Assembly (NCBI GenBank): GCA_018658105.1
Contig: JABHVW010000012.1
Coordinates: 9,604 to 73,603 of the forward strand
Length of the DNA: 64,000 bases
Direction: 5' to 3'
DNA from: Candidatus Peregrinibacteria bacterium
GTDB taxonomy: Bacteria; Patescibacteriota; Gracilibacteria; UBA1369; 2-02-FULL-48-14
The notes beneath the pieces are model-generated. The model saw nothing but the letters and a program-made list of their open reading frames with translations. It was not told where the DNA came from and did no database searches. The position numbers were made by a program, and so were the translations under genes. The first letter of the stretch is position 1. Every line of letters starts with the position of its first letter. Positions 63,728-64,000 of this stretch are shown here, piece by piece.

Positions 63728-64000
63728 GTAGATTCCAATTAATGCAAATGGAATGCTTAAAAGTTGACCGGTTGTGAGGCCGAGTAAGTTCTCATGAATG
63801 GCGAGTTCTTTTGTGAATTCAGTGAGAAAGCGTCCGCCAAAGTAAATCATGAAAAATAGACCGAGGAAAAAGCCAGGTTTTGCTGTGCGATGTTTTTTGA
63901 GCCAAAGTGAGTAGAGAATTGCTAATACGATTAAGCCGAGCAGAGCTTCGTAGAGAACTGTTGGGTGCCTTGGAATTTCATCGATTCTGTTGAATGTAAT
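63704..64000 (-). CDS. lgt: Prolipoprotein diacylglyceryl transferase, C-terminal 98 codons only (5' end beyond the window)
   Basis: Absent from the ORF track. My reverse translation from base 64000 reads ITFNRIDEIPRHPTVLYEALLGLIVLAILYSLWL...YFGGRFLTEF...TTGQLLSIPFALIGIYLVIKKSK*. The motifs RHPTxLYEA and GQ.LSI are Lgt-typical. Confidence 0.75.
   Translation of the reverse strand: MTFNRIDEIPRHPTVLYEALLGLIVLAILYSLWLKKHRTAKPGFFLGLFFMIYFGGRFLTEFTKELAIHENLLGLTTGQLLSIPFALIGIYLVIKKSK

Overview
A dense, about 40% GC bacterial chromosomal segment, mostly housekeeping genes packed with short or overlapping junctions. Recognised genes: trpS, priA, secDF, ruvC, pyk, glmS, ruvA, tgt, rpmE, gyrA, gyrB, rpsU, prmC, prfA, tatD, radA, a partial lgt, and four tRNAs that all encode CCA. 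These are interleaved with many secreted or cell-surface proteins. The left 14 kb is a run of four tandem, paralogous giant surface-protein genes. They share a signal-anchor ending in LFKG, Pmp-type beta-helix repeats, Ig-like repeats, thrombospondin type-3-like acidic Ca-binding repeats and, in the three complete ones, a C-terminal triple SLH anchor. Three more SLH- or TSP3-bearing exoproteins occur elsewhere: an HExxH protease, an S41 protease and a CARDB/PKD protein. Compact gene packing, weak Shine-Dalgarno signals and SLH-anchored adhesin-like giants suggest a small-genome Patescibacteria/CPR-like organism, possibly Peregrinibacteria-like. That assignment is inference only. No rRNA, CRISPR array, transposase or integrase was seen. 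The most interesting candidates are: (1) a 591-aa protein directly downstream of radA whose C-terminal third carries RelA/SpoT-type nucleotidyltransferase motifs behind about 400 aa of unknown sequence; (2) a SecDF whose periplasmic head carries an inserted parvulin PPIase; (3) the giant surface-protein operon, with a family-specific leader, a recurring Cys-pair module and a 17-bp perfect stem in its 5' UTR, whose palindrome recurs inside an ABC-transporter operon; (4) an 8.5-kb block between divergent gyrA and gyrB that holds an orphan MazF-like toxin and a lone VirB4-like ATPase; (5) a free-standing HNH endonuclease that overlaps tRNA-Arg. All functional calls come from motif recognition by eye and no searches were run.
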